Origin: Laetmonice hystrix
Lineage: Eukaryota
Assembly (NCBI GenBank): GCA_965235115.1
Contig: OZ249436.1
Location: forward strand, 45,386,001 to 45,450,000
DNA length: 64,000 bases
Reading direction: 5' to 3'
Within the stretch, counting starts at the first letter, position 1. Every line of letters begins with the position of its first letter. Of this stretch, positions 38,283-50,545 are shown in pieces. The position numbers were made by a program, and so were the translations under genes. The notes beneath the pieces are model-generated. The model saw nothing but the letters and a program-made list of their open reading frames with translations, was not told the DNA's origin and searched no databases.

Positions 38283-39673
38283 TCAGAGGAAGTTGGGCTT
38301 ATCGCCAGAGCAACTGATGTCCATGTTGGGCCCGACGTGTTGATTTGCTGGGGGAACGATGGCGGCCTGCTCACGCGGCCGTTTGATAAAGACACGAGTG
38401 GCGTCGCCAGGGTAACCGTTGCCTGGGTAGAATTCGGGCGAGCTTGGGTAAACATCCGAAGCCATGCGACCCTGTGGAGACTTAAGGCCGCCTTCCTTGG
38501 ACTGCATCTTTGTGTTACAGATGTAGGAGAGGGACATCTGGACGTTGTTCTTGCCAGAAGCGCCGATCACGTCTGAAGCCGGCTGAGCCTCGACCTCCTG
38601 TGTAAGGGTAGTTCTCACGTTCAGTGGCTTCTTTACGTACGGTACACCGAGGTAGCTCTCAGCGTCGCCATACCTGCCATAATAATAATTCTGGGATGGC
38701 CTTACATAGTAATGCTGTCCTCCTCTTGAGTTACCTTCGAAATCGTAGTAACCGTCGTTAACGTACTGTGACCCATAGCTGCCTTGTCCGTTACCGCCAA
38801 AACCGCCGTCGCCATAGTAAGCGTAGATATCGTTACGGCCGTAACCTTGGCCGTAACCTTGACCGAAACCGTTGCCGTCACCGTAATAGGAATCGTGTAT
38901 CGCCCGTTTCTGTCGGAACCCTATGTGGAAACAGGAAAAGAAAGAATCCTTTCGTTACTTTATGGTGGTCTTTCAAGTAAAGCTATATCAAAACAATTAC
39001 GTCGGTAAATTCTGTAGACAGCAGGCGCAACTCCGTTTTCTCAACTTTAGACTGTCAAAAGAATTTCTAACCTGTAAACTACCTGCACCAAATTGTGCAA
39101 CCATCAATGAAGCATGCGTAAATTTGTAGTTCTCTCTGTTACCCTAATTTTGCTTACGTAGTCAGACTCGACTTTTTAGACTAACATTTCTGACAAAGAC
39201 ACGGTGTACCAACTCTTTCCATTATGGTAACCTTAAGCGTGAACACGATACACGCTAATCAGAAGCCTTAACCTTAAGTTTAAGCTTAAGAAAGCTTAAG
39301 CAGCTTAAGCTTAAATTAAACTTATGGAAGATCTTCAGTTATAAGCTTAACTTAAACCTAAGGAAGATCTTCAGTTATATAAGCTTAACTTAAACTTAAG
39401 GAAGATCTTCAGTTATGAAAAATTGGACTCAGATCGCTGACGGACACACTCAAAACTTGCCCGATTAGTTGGATTATAAGCCGTAATGCTTCAGAACTGT
39501 TCCTCAAACAATTTCACGGATTCCAACGCCTCCTGAATTGCCCCCACTACATTGTCCTTTCTTAGCCAAATTGTACGAAGATAAAACCAAAAGATAAACA
39601 AACCGGGTTTTGCAGCTGTCGCCAGGGAGACGACGATGAGAACGAGGCAGAGGGTATACACCAGGGACGCCAT
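38283..39673 (-). CDS. Secreted Gly/Tyr-rich protein, paralog B; exons 39604-39673 and 38283-38920 (~235 aa)
   Basis: Exon 1 MASLVYTLCLVLIVVSLATAAKP with phase-1 donor GTTTGT. Pyrimidine-rich acceptor CATAG at 38921 gives GFRQKR-AIHDSYYGDGNGFGQGYGQGYG... in frame with ORF 38283..38618. C-terminus closely matches paralog A (MDISCSGDKPNFL). Confidence 0.85.
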
Positions 39674-39713
39674 GACGGAGGTTAAGACTGTAGTGGAACA
39701 CTTCGACCCGACC

Positions 39714-39719
39714 TTTATA
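39714..39719 (-). promoter_or_regulatory. TATA box of paralog B
   Basis: GTATAAAG on the minus strand ~41 bp upstream of the ATG at 39673. Confidence 0.6.
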
Positions 39720-40477
39720 CCGCCATTCAAGTGTTCCATTAAGCATTCTGCGCGTTGGCACTGCTGTATATCGATGCATAATGGATGGCTCAAACTATGC
39801 CTGTGGTAGTCCCATATACATTGACGTACTGTAGCCGTGCATGCCCCACAGGCCTCTTCTAATTAAAATGTAAAATAAGTAGAAAATGTATTTAAAGCCA
39901 CGTATACGTCAATATCCATTTATGACACAAGAGAACATGGTAAAAATTCGACATAATTATTAGAACATCATGTTATGCAATAGCCATTCAGGTGCTTGGT
40001 TTTGACAATACCACTAAACGCAGCGAGTATAATTTGTGATAAACTAAAGATTGCGCAGTTGAGCACGAGCTTATGCCTGGAACCAATTGCGGTCCCAAAA
40101 GTCGCTGGTTTATCAACCTGCTGTTGTGATTTTACAGGTCACCAAATCTAAAATGTTCTGGTCTTTGAGTGATTCAATCTCAGCAGTCAGCTACACTCCT
40201 CCCAAAGGGACCAATTTATAACCATACGGTTTATGTGTTTCTGTTTCTGCCATTATCTAGACCCCCCTATATTTATGACTTACTGAAGGTCAATGAGTGG
40301 TTTAGACTTTTGACCTTAACATTAGTCCGTGATTGATTTCGACAAGTTGATCAGACTAAATCTGATTATATAATAAACTTTTTTTGGATTGGTTCATTTC
40401 GAATCCGACTGCTCCGTCTCTTATACGCTGAGATAGAAAGAATGAATTGGAAAAGGCGGCAGCAGAAACAGGTTGAA

Positions 40478-40572
40478 ACTCTCCCTACACTCTCCCCTAC
40501 ATTCTCCCCTACACTCTCCCCTACACTCTCCCCTACACTCTCCCCTACACTCTCCCCTGCACTCTCCCCTGC
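40478..40572. repeat. 12-bp tandem repeat (actctcccctac)
   Basis: About 8 units. Confidence 0.9.
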
Positions 40573-40999
40573 CAATCGTAGGGGAGAACGCGTCACGGAG
40601 CTGGATACGCCTGAACAATATCGTGTACGAGGTATTACTAGCCATGATATAACATAATCAGATACACCTTGTTACGGATCATGGCATATACCTAACGAAT
40701 GCCTCTTGGATCACTCCTACATCTCCAGGGATTCCTGAAAGATTTCACACTTTGGCTCGGGAGTTGACAGTCTATGTGTGCGGGTGTATGGACGGGGGGG
40801 GGGGGGTAGCCAGGCTCTGGGTTTTAACCAAGTCTTAAGATTCAAAGCTTAAGACTTAACTCTTGTTTCAGAGCTTCTGATTGGTCCTTCTGAAGTCATC
40901 CAATGAGAGACCATGACACAAATCAGTCTTAAAATTTCAGTCTTAAGATTGGTAAAATGACGAACTAAAAACTGGGCCCAGGGGTAGGTGTTTTGAAAC

Positions 41000-41730
41000 T
41001 TTTGGGCCTGCGGTAAACCCTGGACCTCCAGAAAACGTTTGGGCCTGCGGTAAACCCTGGACCTCCAGAAAACGTTTGGGCCTGCGGTAAACCCTGGACC
41101 TCCAGAAAACGTTTGGGCCTGCGGTAAACCCTGGACCTCCAGAAAACGTTTGGGCCTGCGGTAAACCCTGGACCCCCAGAAAACGTTTGGGCCTGCGGTA
41201 AACCCTGGACCTCCAGAAAACGTTTGGGCCTGCGGTAAACCCTGGACCTCCAGAAAACGTTTGGGCCTGCGGTAAACCCTGGACCTCCAGAAAACCTTTG
41301 GGCCTGCGGTAAACCCTGGACCTCCAGAAAACGTTTGGGCCTGCGGTAAACCCTGGACCTCCAGAAAACCTTTGGGCCTGCGGTAAACCCTGGACCTCCA
41401 GAAAACCTTTGGGCCTGCGGTAAACCCTGGACCTCCAGAAAACGTTTGGGCCTGCGGTAAACCCTGGACCTCCAGAAAACGTTTGGGCCTGCGGTAAACC
41501 CTGGACCTCCAGAAAACGTTTGGGCCTGCGGTAAACCCTGGACCTCCAGAAAACGTTTGGGCCTGCGGTAAACCCTGGACCTCCAGAAAACGTTTGGGCC
41601 TGCGGTAAAGCCTGGACCTCCAGAAAACGTTTGGGCCTGCGGTAAAGCCTGGACCCCCTGAAAACGTTTGGGCCTGCGGTAAACCCTGGACCTCCAGAAA
41701 ACGTTTGGGCCTGCGGTAAAGCCTGGACCT
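41000..41730. repeat. 37-bp minisatellite
   Basis: tttgggcctgcggtaaaccctggacctccagaaaacg, about 20 units. Confidence 0.97.
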
Positions 41731-43743
41731 CTTTCTCCCCAAAAGGTTTTTTCATGATGGCATTTTATCAGACAGTGTTCACAATCACAGTCACATCCGA
41801 AAAGAAGAGGGAAATATTTATTCTTATAACAGGAATTAGAATTAGCTCCTCAAACACCCTTAGTTCAAACTATCTAGCTACAGTTTCTCACGTTGCACGA
41901 CGACTTGACATACACCATACATTGCCCCAGATACACACATTTACACATTTATATCAATTTCAACATGAAGAATATGCGCTTATTATGTACCTATAATCAC
42001 CATTGATATCTTGGGGCAAACAAGTACTGTCCACACCGTGCACCTGCCGCTGGCCTTCCCCACAGCAGGTTCAGATGCATGCATGTTCGTATACGAAAGG
42101 TGGTGGTGGTGGGTTGACGGTTTTACGTTCTGTCGCCAACTGTTGCCAACTTCAAGACGGAGACACGTTCTTTTTTATTTTTTCTTCTGTCTGATGATGA
42201 TGTTGAGATCATGAGTACGTTCAGGACATCACTCCTGTCGTAGACACAGCGTTACATGACTTTGATAAAACAACCGTTGAGAATGGCGGTGAAGGATTCG
42301 GAACTGCGCTGCGAGCTATCAGGACGGAAGGACTCCGTGGACATTAATTTTGAGATGGGGGGGGGGGAGTAGTTTGTCAGAGGGCATGTAAACATTCTAG
42401 GGCAACAAGGCAAACCCTGGGCGCGTAGTTCAGGCGTGAAGGAAAATTCTGGAATATAAACATGCCAGAAACATCAGGAAGAGATATTGGCTATAGTCCG
42501 CGTTTACTTCTCAAAGATAGGAACTAAAGTTGTACTTCGAGCAAAGATAATAGGGTCCGACCAACATAGACCTATCACACTGAATCTAAACGGCTGTAAA
42601 AAGTATTTCTTGTTTGGATGTTTGGGGCTCCTTGTGCGAGGATGGTCTAGCCCCCCTTCCGACACCAGCCCATATTGACGTGTTCGGGCCAGAAGATATA
42701 CACGGGTACGGTGGCTCATAAGGGACATGCATGTGTTATTTGCTATTTCCAAGGATATGTTTTTCGGGTTTTCACTTTTACGTATCAACCATTTTGTTTC
42801 CCTTTTGTCGAATGGAGGAGAACGAGCTAGGAATAACAATTGAGAAGACAGAAAAATTTGCGATGAAAACAAAATATTAACGACATTGGTACTATTGTGT
42901 GGAATAAAATGCATGGTACATACTGGTACTGTTGTATTGGTTCTGCCTCCATGCCGCACAGGTTAAGGTGGATCTCTGGTCGTGAGATTTTGGTCGTGAG
43001 ACGTTGTTCAGGGATATTTTTATCAGGGGGGCAGGGGGCATTACCCCCCTTGAATTTTAACAACCCCAAAAGGTCCATAATTTGGGAGGCATATGTCGGA
43101 AAGAAAGGTTCACAATGTTGGATGTTTTGTGAAATATCATGGACGTATGAGCCATGCCCCAGAGAGAAAGGTCCATAACTTTGGATCTTTTGCAAAATAT
43201 CTGGACCTCTGACCCAGTGGCTTACAAAAAAGGCCCACAATTTTGGATCTTTTGTAAAATACTTGGAGGTCTAAACCACAACCTTAGAAAAAGGTCCAAA
43301 CTTTTTTTTTTAGAAAATGTCCAAAATCTGGAATGTCCCCCTAGGAGATTTGATAAAAATATTCCTGTGGTTGGTCGTGATACACTGCTGGTCGTCAGAT
43401 TCTAGACGACCAGCGCCCGTGGAATTTAGATAAAGGATAAAGTGGACACGCGGTGCTTCATTAATGTTACAATAGAACAATACTTGTATAGGTTACACCC
43501 TTTCCAGAAGCTCATGGAGAGAAACAAAGACGTACTTCGCCAATGTCAGACATTATGCCACGTTTAAAACATTAATATATATTTCCTATTCCAAAGCCTT
43601 GGTAGAGGGAGACCTTCGACCTATATGTACATGGATGTAATACAAGGAAGAAAATGACTTGATTTTGAAAAAAAAGTGTGGATTGAGGAACAATACACTT
43701 TCCCCTTATATTTTCTAAAGCATTGTGGAACAGGGCAAAGTAT

Positions 43744-43805
43744 TTCTTCTTCTTCTTCTTCTTCTTCTTCTTCTTCTTCTTCTTCTTCTTCTTCTTCTTC
43801 TTCTT
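43744..43805. repeat. (TTC)n microsatellite
   Basis: Direct. Confidence 0.97.
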
Positions 43806-45711
43806 GCTTTCCAGCCGTGGCTTTCCTAATTGGCGACGATTGGGGCGAGGACTGGTGTACCGTGTGGAAGTGGTCGAGTGTCAGATTGCAGAATCATCCA
43901 CGTGGCACACCCCCTAGAAAGAATTTTATGCAGTCAAACTCGGAGAACGGGAAGGCTTGCCGTAGGCTACATTTTATTCATATATAGTAACCCGTCGATC
44001 ACCCCATGCAATGGGGGACTCTACAAATATCATTATAATATGGTAAATGATAAATCCATATAACGTGTAATTGATGTAACAGATAACCTAACAATACCAT
44101 AGTAATATAATACCATAACTGACAATACATTATATGGAAATACATAGTACAAAATACATGGATATAGTTATAGTAATGCCTTATTAGGTGGAGACAATGC
44201 CCACAACATCCAGGAACCCAAATACACCCCCACCCACTCAAACAGGGAAAAGAACTCGGGCAGCCATGCTGACCCTGAGCCAAACCCAGTAGGCCTACAT
44301 AAAACATCAGTGAACCCAGCCAAAGGCGTTGAGACGGAATATTCCCCAAGACAACAGGAGGAGTCGGGGCGGAGGTGGGGCGTCTGATCGCCACGATGCT
44401 TCCAAAGGTAGAGAACTCTATCTGCTCGGTTGTATTTATACCCTCCGGATGGTCTCCCAAGTCTCCTTCGTCACTTCCGCCCCACCGCGCGAGAGGTGAG
44501 AACCAAGATGGTGGTTAACGGAAGTACAGAGCTTTTTGTTTACATTTCCTTGACAATACATACTGAGCACACAATATGGGTCCTAAATCCCATAAGATAG
44601 CATTATGTGCGAGTACCTATATTAATCTCATACCTACTCAAACCCCTCGTTTTTCCTCCATAAAAGATCCCGGCGCTGGCGCCGAGCTCTGATTTAACGA
44701 AACTCAAAAGATGGACAAATGATCTCTTTTGTACATTGTTCATAATCAACATGATCTCTGACGAGTTCTAGAATAATCAGTATTTGTTTTGCCGATTAGT
44801 TGTATTGGCATTTGAATGGGCATGTTTCTTTAGGCTATAACACGAACATATATTGATGTATTTGTATATGGACATCTACCGACAGTATTTTGGACATACT
44901 CTGAAGTGAAGGCTCGGAAAATCGAGCTATCTTGCTCGGGGAAAAAGGAGGAGAAGAAGAACACAAAAAAAACAGACAAAATTTTCCTCCCCCACATACA
45001 AGTTACTTAGATTTTGTTATCGTTTATTTCAGCTCAAATAATAAGCGGCCTTCATTGACATAGCACATTGGCATTCTGATTCTGATAAGAACATGGAACA
45101 CTACTTTTTATTTACCACAGTAAAGTTCCATTTCCCATAAGTATACGTGCATACAAATTACATCAATACAGCCTCACGACCTTCCAATTTTCCTGCTTGC
45201 CATTTTCTTCCTTTGTTTCCCCAGCAGGTGGCGTGGTGGTATATCTCTTCTACTCGACAGTAGAGAAATGGCTAAATAACAGGGTATTATATTACTGCAC
45301 ATAAATAAACTAAACTAATATGATAACCCTTTAACTAGGAGTACCGCCAAAAGATCTGAGATGGTTGTCATTATTTTTATTTAATCAGAAACATTTGTCA
45401 CTGAGCATTGTGATATTCTGAGCCATGCCACCAGAATAATGTAGACCCAATAAACTCGTCAACATAACTTGAGCGGATAGTATAAATTTGACACCCCTAT
45501 ATTTGCAATTTTCACGCCATAGCGGTGCTCCTTTAAATAGAGAATAAATATAGTAATGCAGCTCCTCTATTCTACCTAGTTTCTACGTTATATTTGTGAC
45601 CCTAGCGGCTGGCGTAAGTACTGACTTCTGTTCAGGGAAAGTGTGTCCACTTGCTGCTGAGGTATTCTCCCCTTTCCCTTGAGGAGAGTGTTATCATATG
45701 ACAGGTTATGA

Positions 45712-48240
45712 TCATCCGTGGGCCTGACAATCAATAGCCATTCGAGGGCCGATATGTTTTCCACCAGTTGAGATGAACCGATCGTTTCGCGGTCGACGTA
45801 TGAACAAGTTCGCTCGCCCCATGCCTCTATCTTTCCTGAGCAAACCGCTGTCGTAAAATCTACCAGGTTTAAAGAAATTCAATGGGTCGTAGAGGTCCTC
45901 GTTGACATCGAAACGGTTCCGCCTCCAATAGTCCGAACCGGGTTCCTGACGACGGTATCGTCTCCTTGGGAAATGCCGCTGCGGCCGCTGCTGCGGCTGT
46001 GGCTGCGGCCGCAGCTGCTGCTGCTGCTCCTCCCATTGCTGCTGCTCCTGCCAGGGATGCTGTAGCCGCGGCTGCGGCTTCTCAACATGAGTGTTGCATA
46101 TGTATGATAGCGCCATTTGTACGTTGTTCTTTTCTTTCTCTTTAGAGCTCACCCTCTGCGATGTAGGGCTCACATGGTTCGATTTGGGGTGCTTCCTCTG
46201 CAATGTATACGGGCGCAGGTGCACTGGGTGAGATTTAACAGTGTTATTTTCGTCCAATCCGTGGCCCACACCGTCCAATTCATAGCCGATACTGTCCGAT
46301 TCATGGATCAAATTTTGTTTATGACTGTAATTGTTTAATTCGTCGACATGCGGCCTTGACCAGACGTATGGGCGGTTTCCTGAGGAATAGTGCCTGTTGA
46401 AGTCGTGTCGAGGGCGGACGTAGCGAGGTTTTGGATGGGCCCTTGGGTTGATGGATGTGGACGGTGAGGATTTGATGGAACTGGTGGAGTCTGTGGATAA
46501 AGAAGCGATCATTTAGTACAGATCTGTGTTAACATTGGTAAGTGACTGAGTAGGAATTAGTATACGTCAATCAGCCCAGGAAGTCTGCCCTCCTGGACGG
46601 TCGGAAATCCAGAAATACCACCCAATGTAAAAAGAAAGCTAAAAAAAAAAATCTACATAGCATATCTCGACTTGATACATTTTCATTAGTGTTAGCATTA
46701 ATTAATGTAGTAGCCAGTGATATAAATCATAAAGTCTACAAAACCAATATTTTTTTTTCAATATAATATTGACTTTTAACAAACCACTGGAACACTTTCT
46801 CCTATGAAACGATATACGTTTAATCCTTTAAAGAATTTTATGACCAGTCAGTGGTCCATTTTTAAATTGAAGCTGCTTGCATCTCTATCGCACTTCCGTA
46901 GCTGCACTCATATAGCGTTGATGGTCAAATGACCTTGGTGTCAATGTAGGTCCTACACCTCTGACACTGCACTCAATATGTTATCTTCTGTATATATAAG
47001 CGTGGGATCGTAAAATACTGTCCATATTCAGTGTGATAAAACGGTTAATGCAGAGAAAAGCTAAGAGGGGGAAGGTGAAAAGCTAAAGCTATTGAACTTG
47101 AGTAATTTAATGTGCTTAATAATATATATTATAATAGCATATACTTTTAGCCTATATGTTTGGTAGTAGTTTCGCATAATATATTTGTGTATGCATGTAT
47201 ATATATTATAATATGTATGTATGCGTGGACACGGCCCTACACGGTCGAGAACCAGGCAGTTTCCTTGAATAACATCACTCTTCCCCCACCTATCACCACT
47301 CTGATTGCCACCAGTCGTGGGAACAGACCAAATACTGAACATGGTATTGTGTAGGTGTTCTCCAGTTTAACGGACCACCAGATACTGAACAGTATTGTGT
47401 AGGTGTTCTCCAGTGTAACGGACCACCAGATACTGAACAGTATTGTGTAGGTGTTCTTCAGTTTAACGGACCCCCAAATACTGAACATGGTATTGTGTAG
47501 GTGTTCTCCAGTTTAACGGACCACCAAATACTGAACAGTATTGTGTAGGTGTTCTCCAGTTTAACGGACCACCAGATACTGAACAGTATTGTGTAGGTGT
47601 TCTCCAGTTTAACGGACCACCAGATAATGAACATGGTATTGTGTAGGTGTTCTCCAGTTGAACGGACCACCAAATACTGAACATGGTATTGTGTATAGGT
47701 GTTCTCCAGTTTTGTTAATTCGCAAATTAGTCAGGAAAAGTATGTAAAGAAGTGCAACCAATACATGACAGTCCCCTATGACTCAGTAAAGCCTTGGGAC
47801 CCTGTGTATCCGATGTGTCTGTTCGCTAAACATGTGTAAACCATCATGTCAGTTCATTCCATTTCGCATGATCTGACGTTGAAATGATGTTATATGCATG
47901 TACGAACTTGATATGCAACAATATATGGAACAGCTTTTTAAGTAACTTCTGGTCAGTCATGCATAGCAATAACCTCTTATGTTTTCCTTTAAACAAAAAA
48001 GAAACAGGAAGTACATGTACCAGCTTTCTTTCATATCTTAATATAGATCTATAAACGGTTAGATTTGTAAATTCATTTCCGTTTCTCTCTTCAGTTTTAG
48101 ACCTTTTATAGCGCCGAGTCAAGGAATGTACTTTAAATACAGTAAAACTCACCTTTCTTTGCCTCCACTTTGCCCCCTTCTCCTCTGGATAAAGAGAGAA
48201 GGCAAGTTAGGAGAAGAGCGCCGTTAAACCACAGTTCCAT
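45712..48240 (-). CDS. Secreted His/Arg/Gln-rich protein, divergent paralog C; exons 48153-48240 and 45712-46490 (~288 aa)
   Basis: Exon 1 MELWFNGALLLTCLLSLSRGEGGKVEAKK with phase-1 donor GTGAGT. Acceptor CACAG at 46491 is in frame with ORF 45712..46512. Contains KNNVQMALSYICNT, LFIRRP and HIGPRMAIDC. Confidence 0.8.
47327..47710. repeat. ~47-49-bp minisatellite in the intron of paralog C
   Basis: atactgaacagtattgtgtaggtgttctccagtttaacggaccacca units. Confidence 0.93.
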
Positions 48241-48285
48241 TGCTCTGGTATATCGATCAAAATGTTTGAACAAGTTCCCTGCTCC

Positions 48286-48292
48286 TTTTATA
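48286..48292 (-). promoter_or_regulatory. TATA box of paralog C
   Basis: GTATAAAAG on the minus strand ~46 bp upstream of the ATG at 48240. Confidence 0.6.
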
Positions 48293-50545
48293 CCTGCCAT
48301 ATGTAAATGCATGCCTCCTTTATTTAGCTTTATTTAACGACACCATACTTCCACGGCTTCTGAATATGAAGCAGCAATCAAAGTAGGGAGGTATTGTGAG
48401 AGACATAGTAAATTCGACATTCAGCTAATTACTCATGTCCCTTTATTAATTCTCGGATGTAGTGCCTCGCCGCCTGAGGTCTTATAGACACAACATCATA
48501 TGAAACCAGCGGCACCTTGGATAACCTACTACACGGTAAGAAAAGGGGTGTATCTTCTCCTAGCAAAATTTTAAAAAATAAATAAAATAAATAAAGGAAA
48601 GGGAAACAGAGAATACAGAGAAGGATAACAATTGGTCATGCATGTTTGCAGGGTTTCATGACTGTTAATGAATTTGGCTATCGGCTTAGATCTTCATCTT
48701 CTGAAGATACATTTAAAGGCTATATTGACCTTCCATGTGAAGTCCAGTTTTACCGTGGCCACCGCGAGTCTGGTGTTTAGCTGGGGCAAGCAAGAGGAAC
48801 ACCTTTTAAAAGCATTGTCTTCTGCTGGTCTGCAAACGATCGCTTAAGAATATGGCGTTTTGTAAAAAAAAAGTTAGGTGATCCTATCTTTCATGGGATT
48901 TAGTAGGGCTGAAACGATACACTTGTGCCACGATACGATACGTATAACGATACAACAAACGATAAGATCACGATAGGTTTCAAGTTATAGGCTACTTGAT
49001 TTATGCTTAGACTGCCACAGAGAATTAGAGCACCTGAGATGATCACGGAGGAATCAAGTTCTGGGGCTAGAGTGTCTCAGGACACTTTTTTTTTATCACT
49101 TGTATCGAGCTGATAGTAGCTAAACATTTGAGAGTATACCTAAAAGGGGGGAACTGATCCTTGAGACTTGGTCCAAGTCCTACCGTTCGAAGATCTGGCG
49201 TCTGGAGAACACACGATAACCCATTGAGAGACAACTGGTTTGGAACCTTGCCGCGGATTGAGCCCACTGACGGGGTACGGGTTCTATTGCTAGATCCCTT
49301 TAGAAGAGTTGTGTCCACCTATCGCCGAGTTACACCCTCACTTCTCTAAGTGGACACTACGAGGCTATTTAACGTCATTTGCATATCCAGGTCACGATTT
49401 AAGTCTCGTGACCTGGATATAGGCCTATGCAAATAGCCTCAAACCAGCTCACGGTAGCGCCGAAAGTGCGCCAAGCGATTGTGACGTCAAAAACTTTTCC
49501 CATAGGATTAACATTGACAGGGCCGACAGGTTCACAAAAACCAGCCTGTATACACAATCATCTTGAGTTGTCAAGTGCAAGCGGTTCAACCCCGAGCGGG
49601 GGAGGATGATTCACAATCTAACTTTCTAAACTATAAAACAAACTTTATCCTAGAGTACATCCTGGTAATCATACATGTATTGTAACGCTCAACATTAACA
49701 GCGACTTGACTGCAGAATGAAAATATTTCAAAGTTGACTGTCACTGTTTATGGCCATCGCAATCTTAAACCAGCGAGGCTATCTGCTCCTTGTCCCGCTA
49801 CCGCGAAATCTCTTGAATTCTCGTGACATAGGTGTGCAGCCTAGCTTTTAGGAAAGTAGGCCTATGGGCGCAATGGAATGCCTGCAACCACCGGAGCTGC
49901 AAAGCTATGCTACGGGGTCGGGTACATAGACCTACTCCCCACACACAGAAATAAAATGAAAGAAAGGACCAATTTAGACCGTAGGCCTAATTTAAGCACG
50001 ACAGCTATTTGTGCACCAGATTTTTCACCCGGTCGCGTGTGTTAATTGTGTAGGCCTAATAAAGGGCTTCGGCGTAGATCTAGGGGGGGGGGGGTGGCTA
50101 ACGAGCCGGGGGGGATACAGCTAGGCCTAAGCTCAGCAGGCCTAGGCTAGAGCTAGGGGGGGGGGGATCCAGGGCCGTGCCCAGAGATTGGCTCAGGGGG
50201 GGGGGGGGTTATAATTATTGGCGCGGGGGGGGGGGGGGTGTTATAGTGGACGCGGATCCAAGTATGAGTTAGGACCTAAAAAGCCTAAAAAAAGAAATCT
50301 TTGGCACCCGGGGGGGGTTACAGACACCCAAAAAACCCATTGGGCACGGCCCTGGAATAAAAAATCTGGAATTTTGAATTTGAGCGTAGTACTATAGCTA
50401 GCATATGCTAGATCTAGGCCTACTTCATGGACGGCCCCTTGGTTTGAGGCTTTGCTGCCGCTGTGTGGTGGATCCAGCAGATTCCGCCCCTCGTCATACC
50501 ATACCATAGGCATAGAACTGTTAGTGTTACAGTGGGCCTAATGTA

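Noticed and set aside
33353..41730. Regular 35-46-bp repeat arrays as possible CRISPR arrays
   Set aside because: Units are head-to-tail with no unique spacers, there are no cas genes, and the context is eukaryotic.
40849..41755. 297-aa and 270-aa ORFs
   Set aside because: Both are translations of the 37-bp minisatellite cycling through frames, with no splice or domain support.
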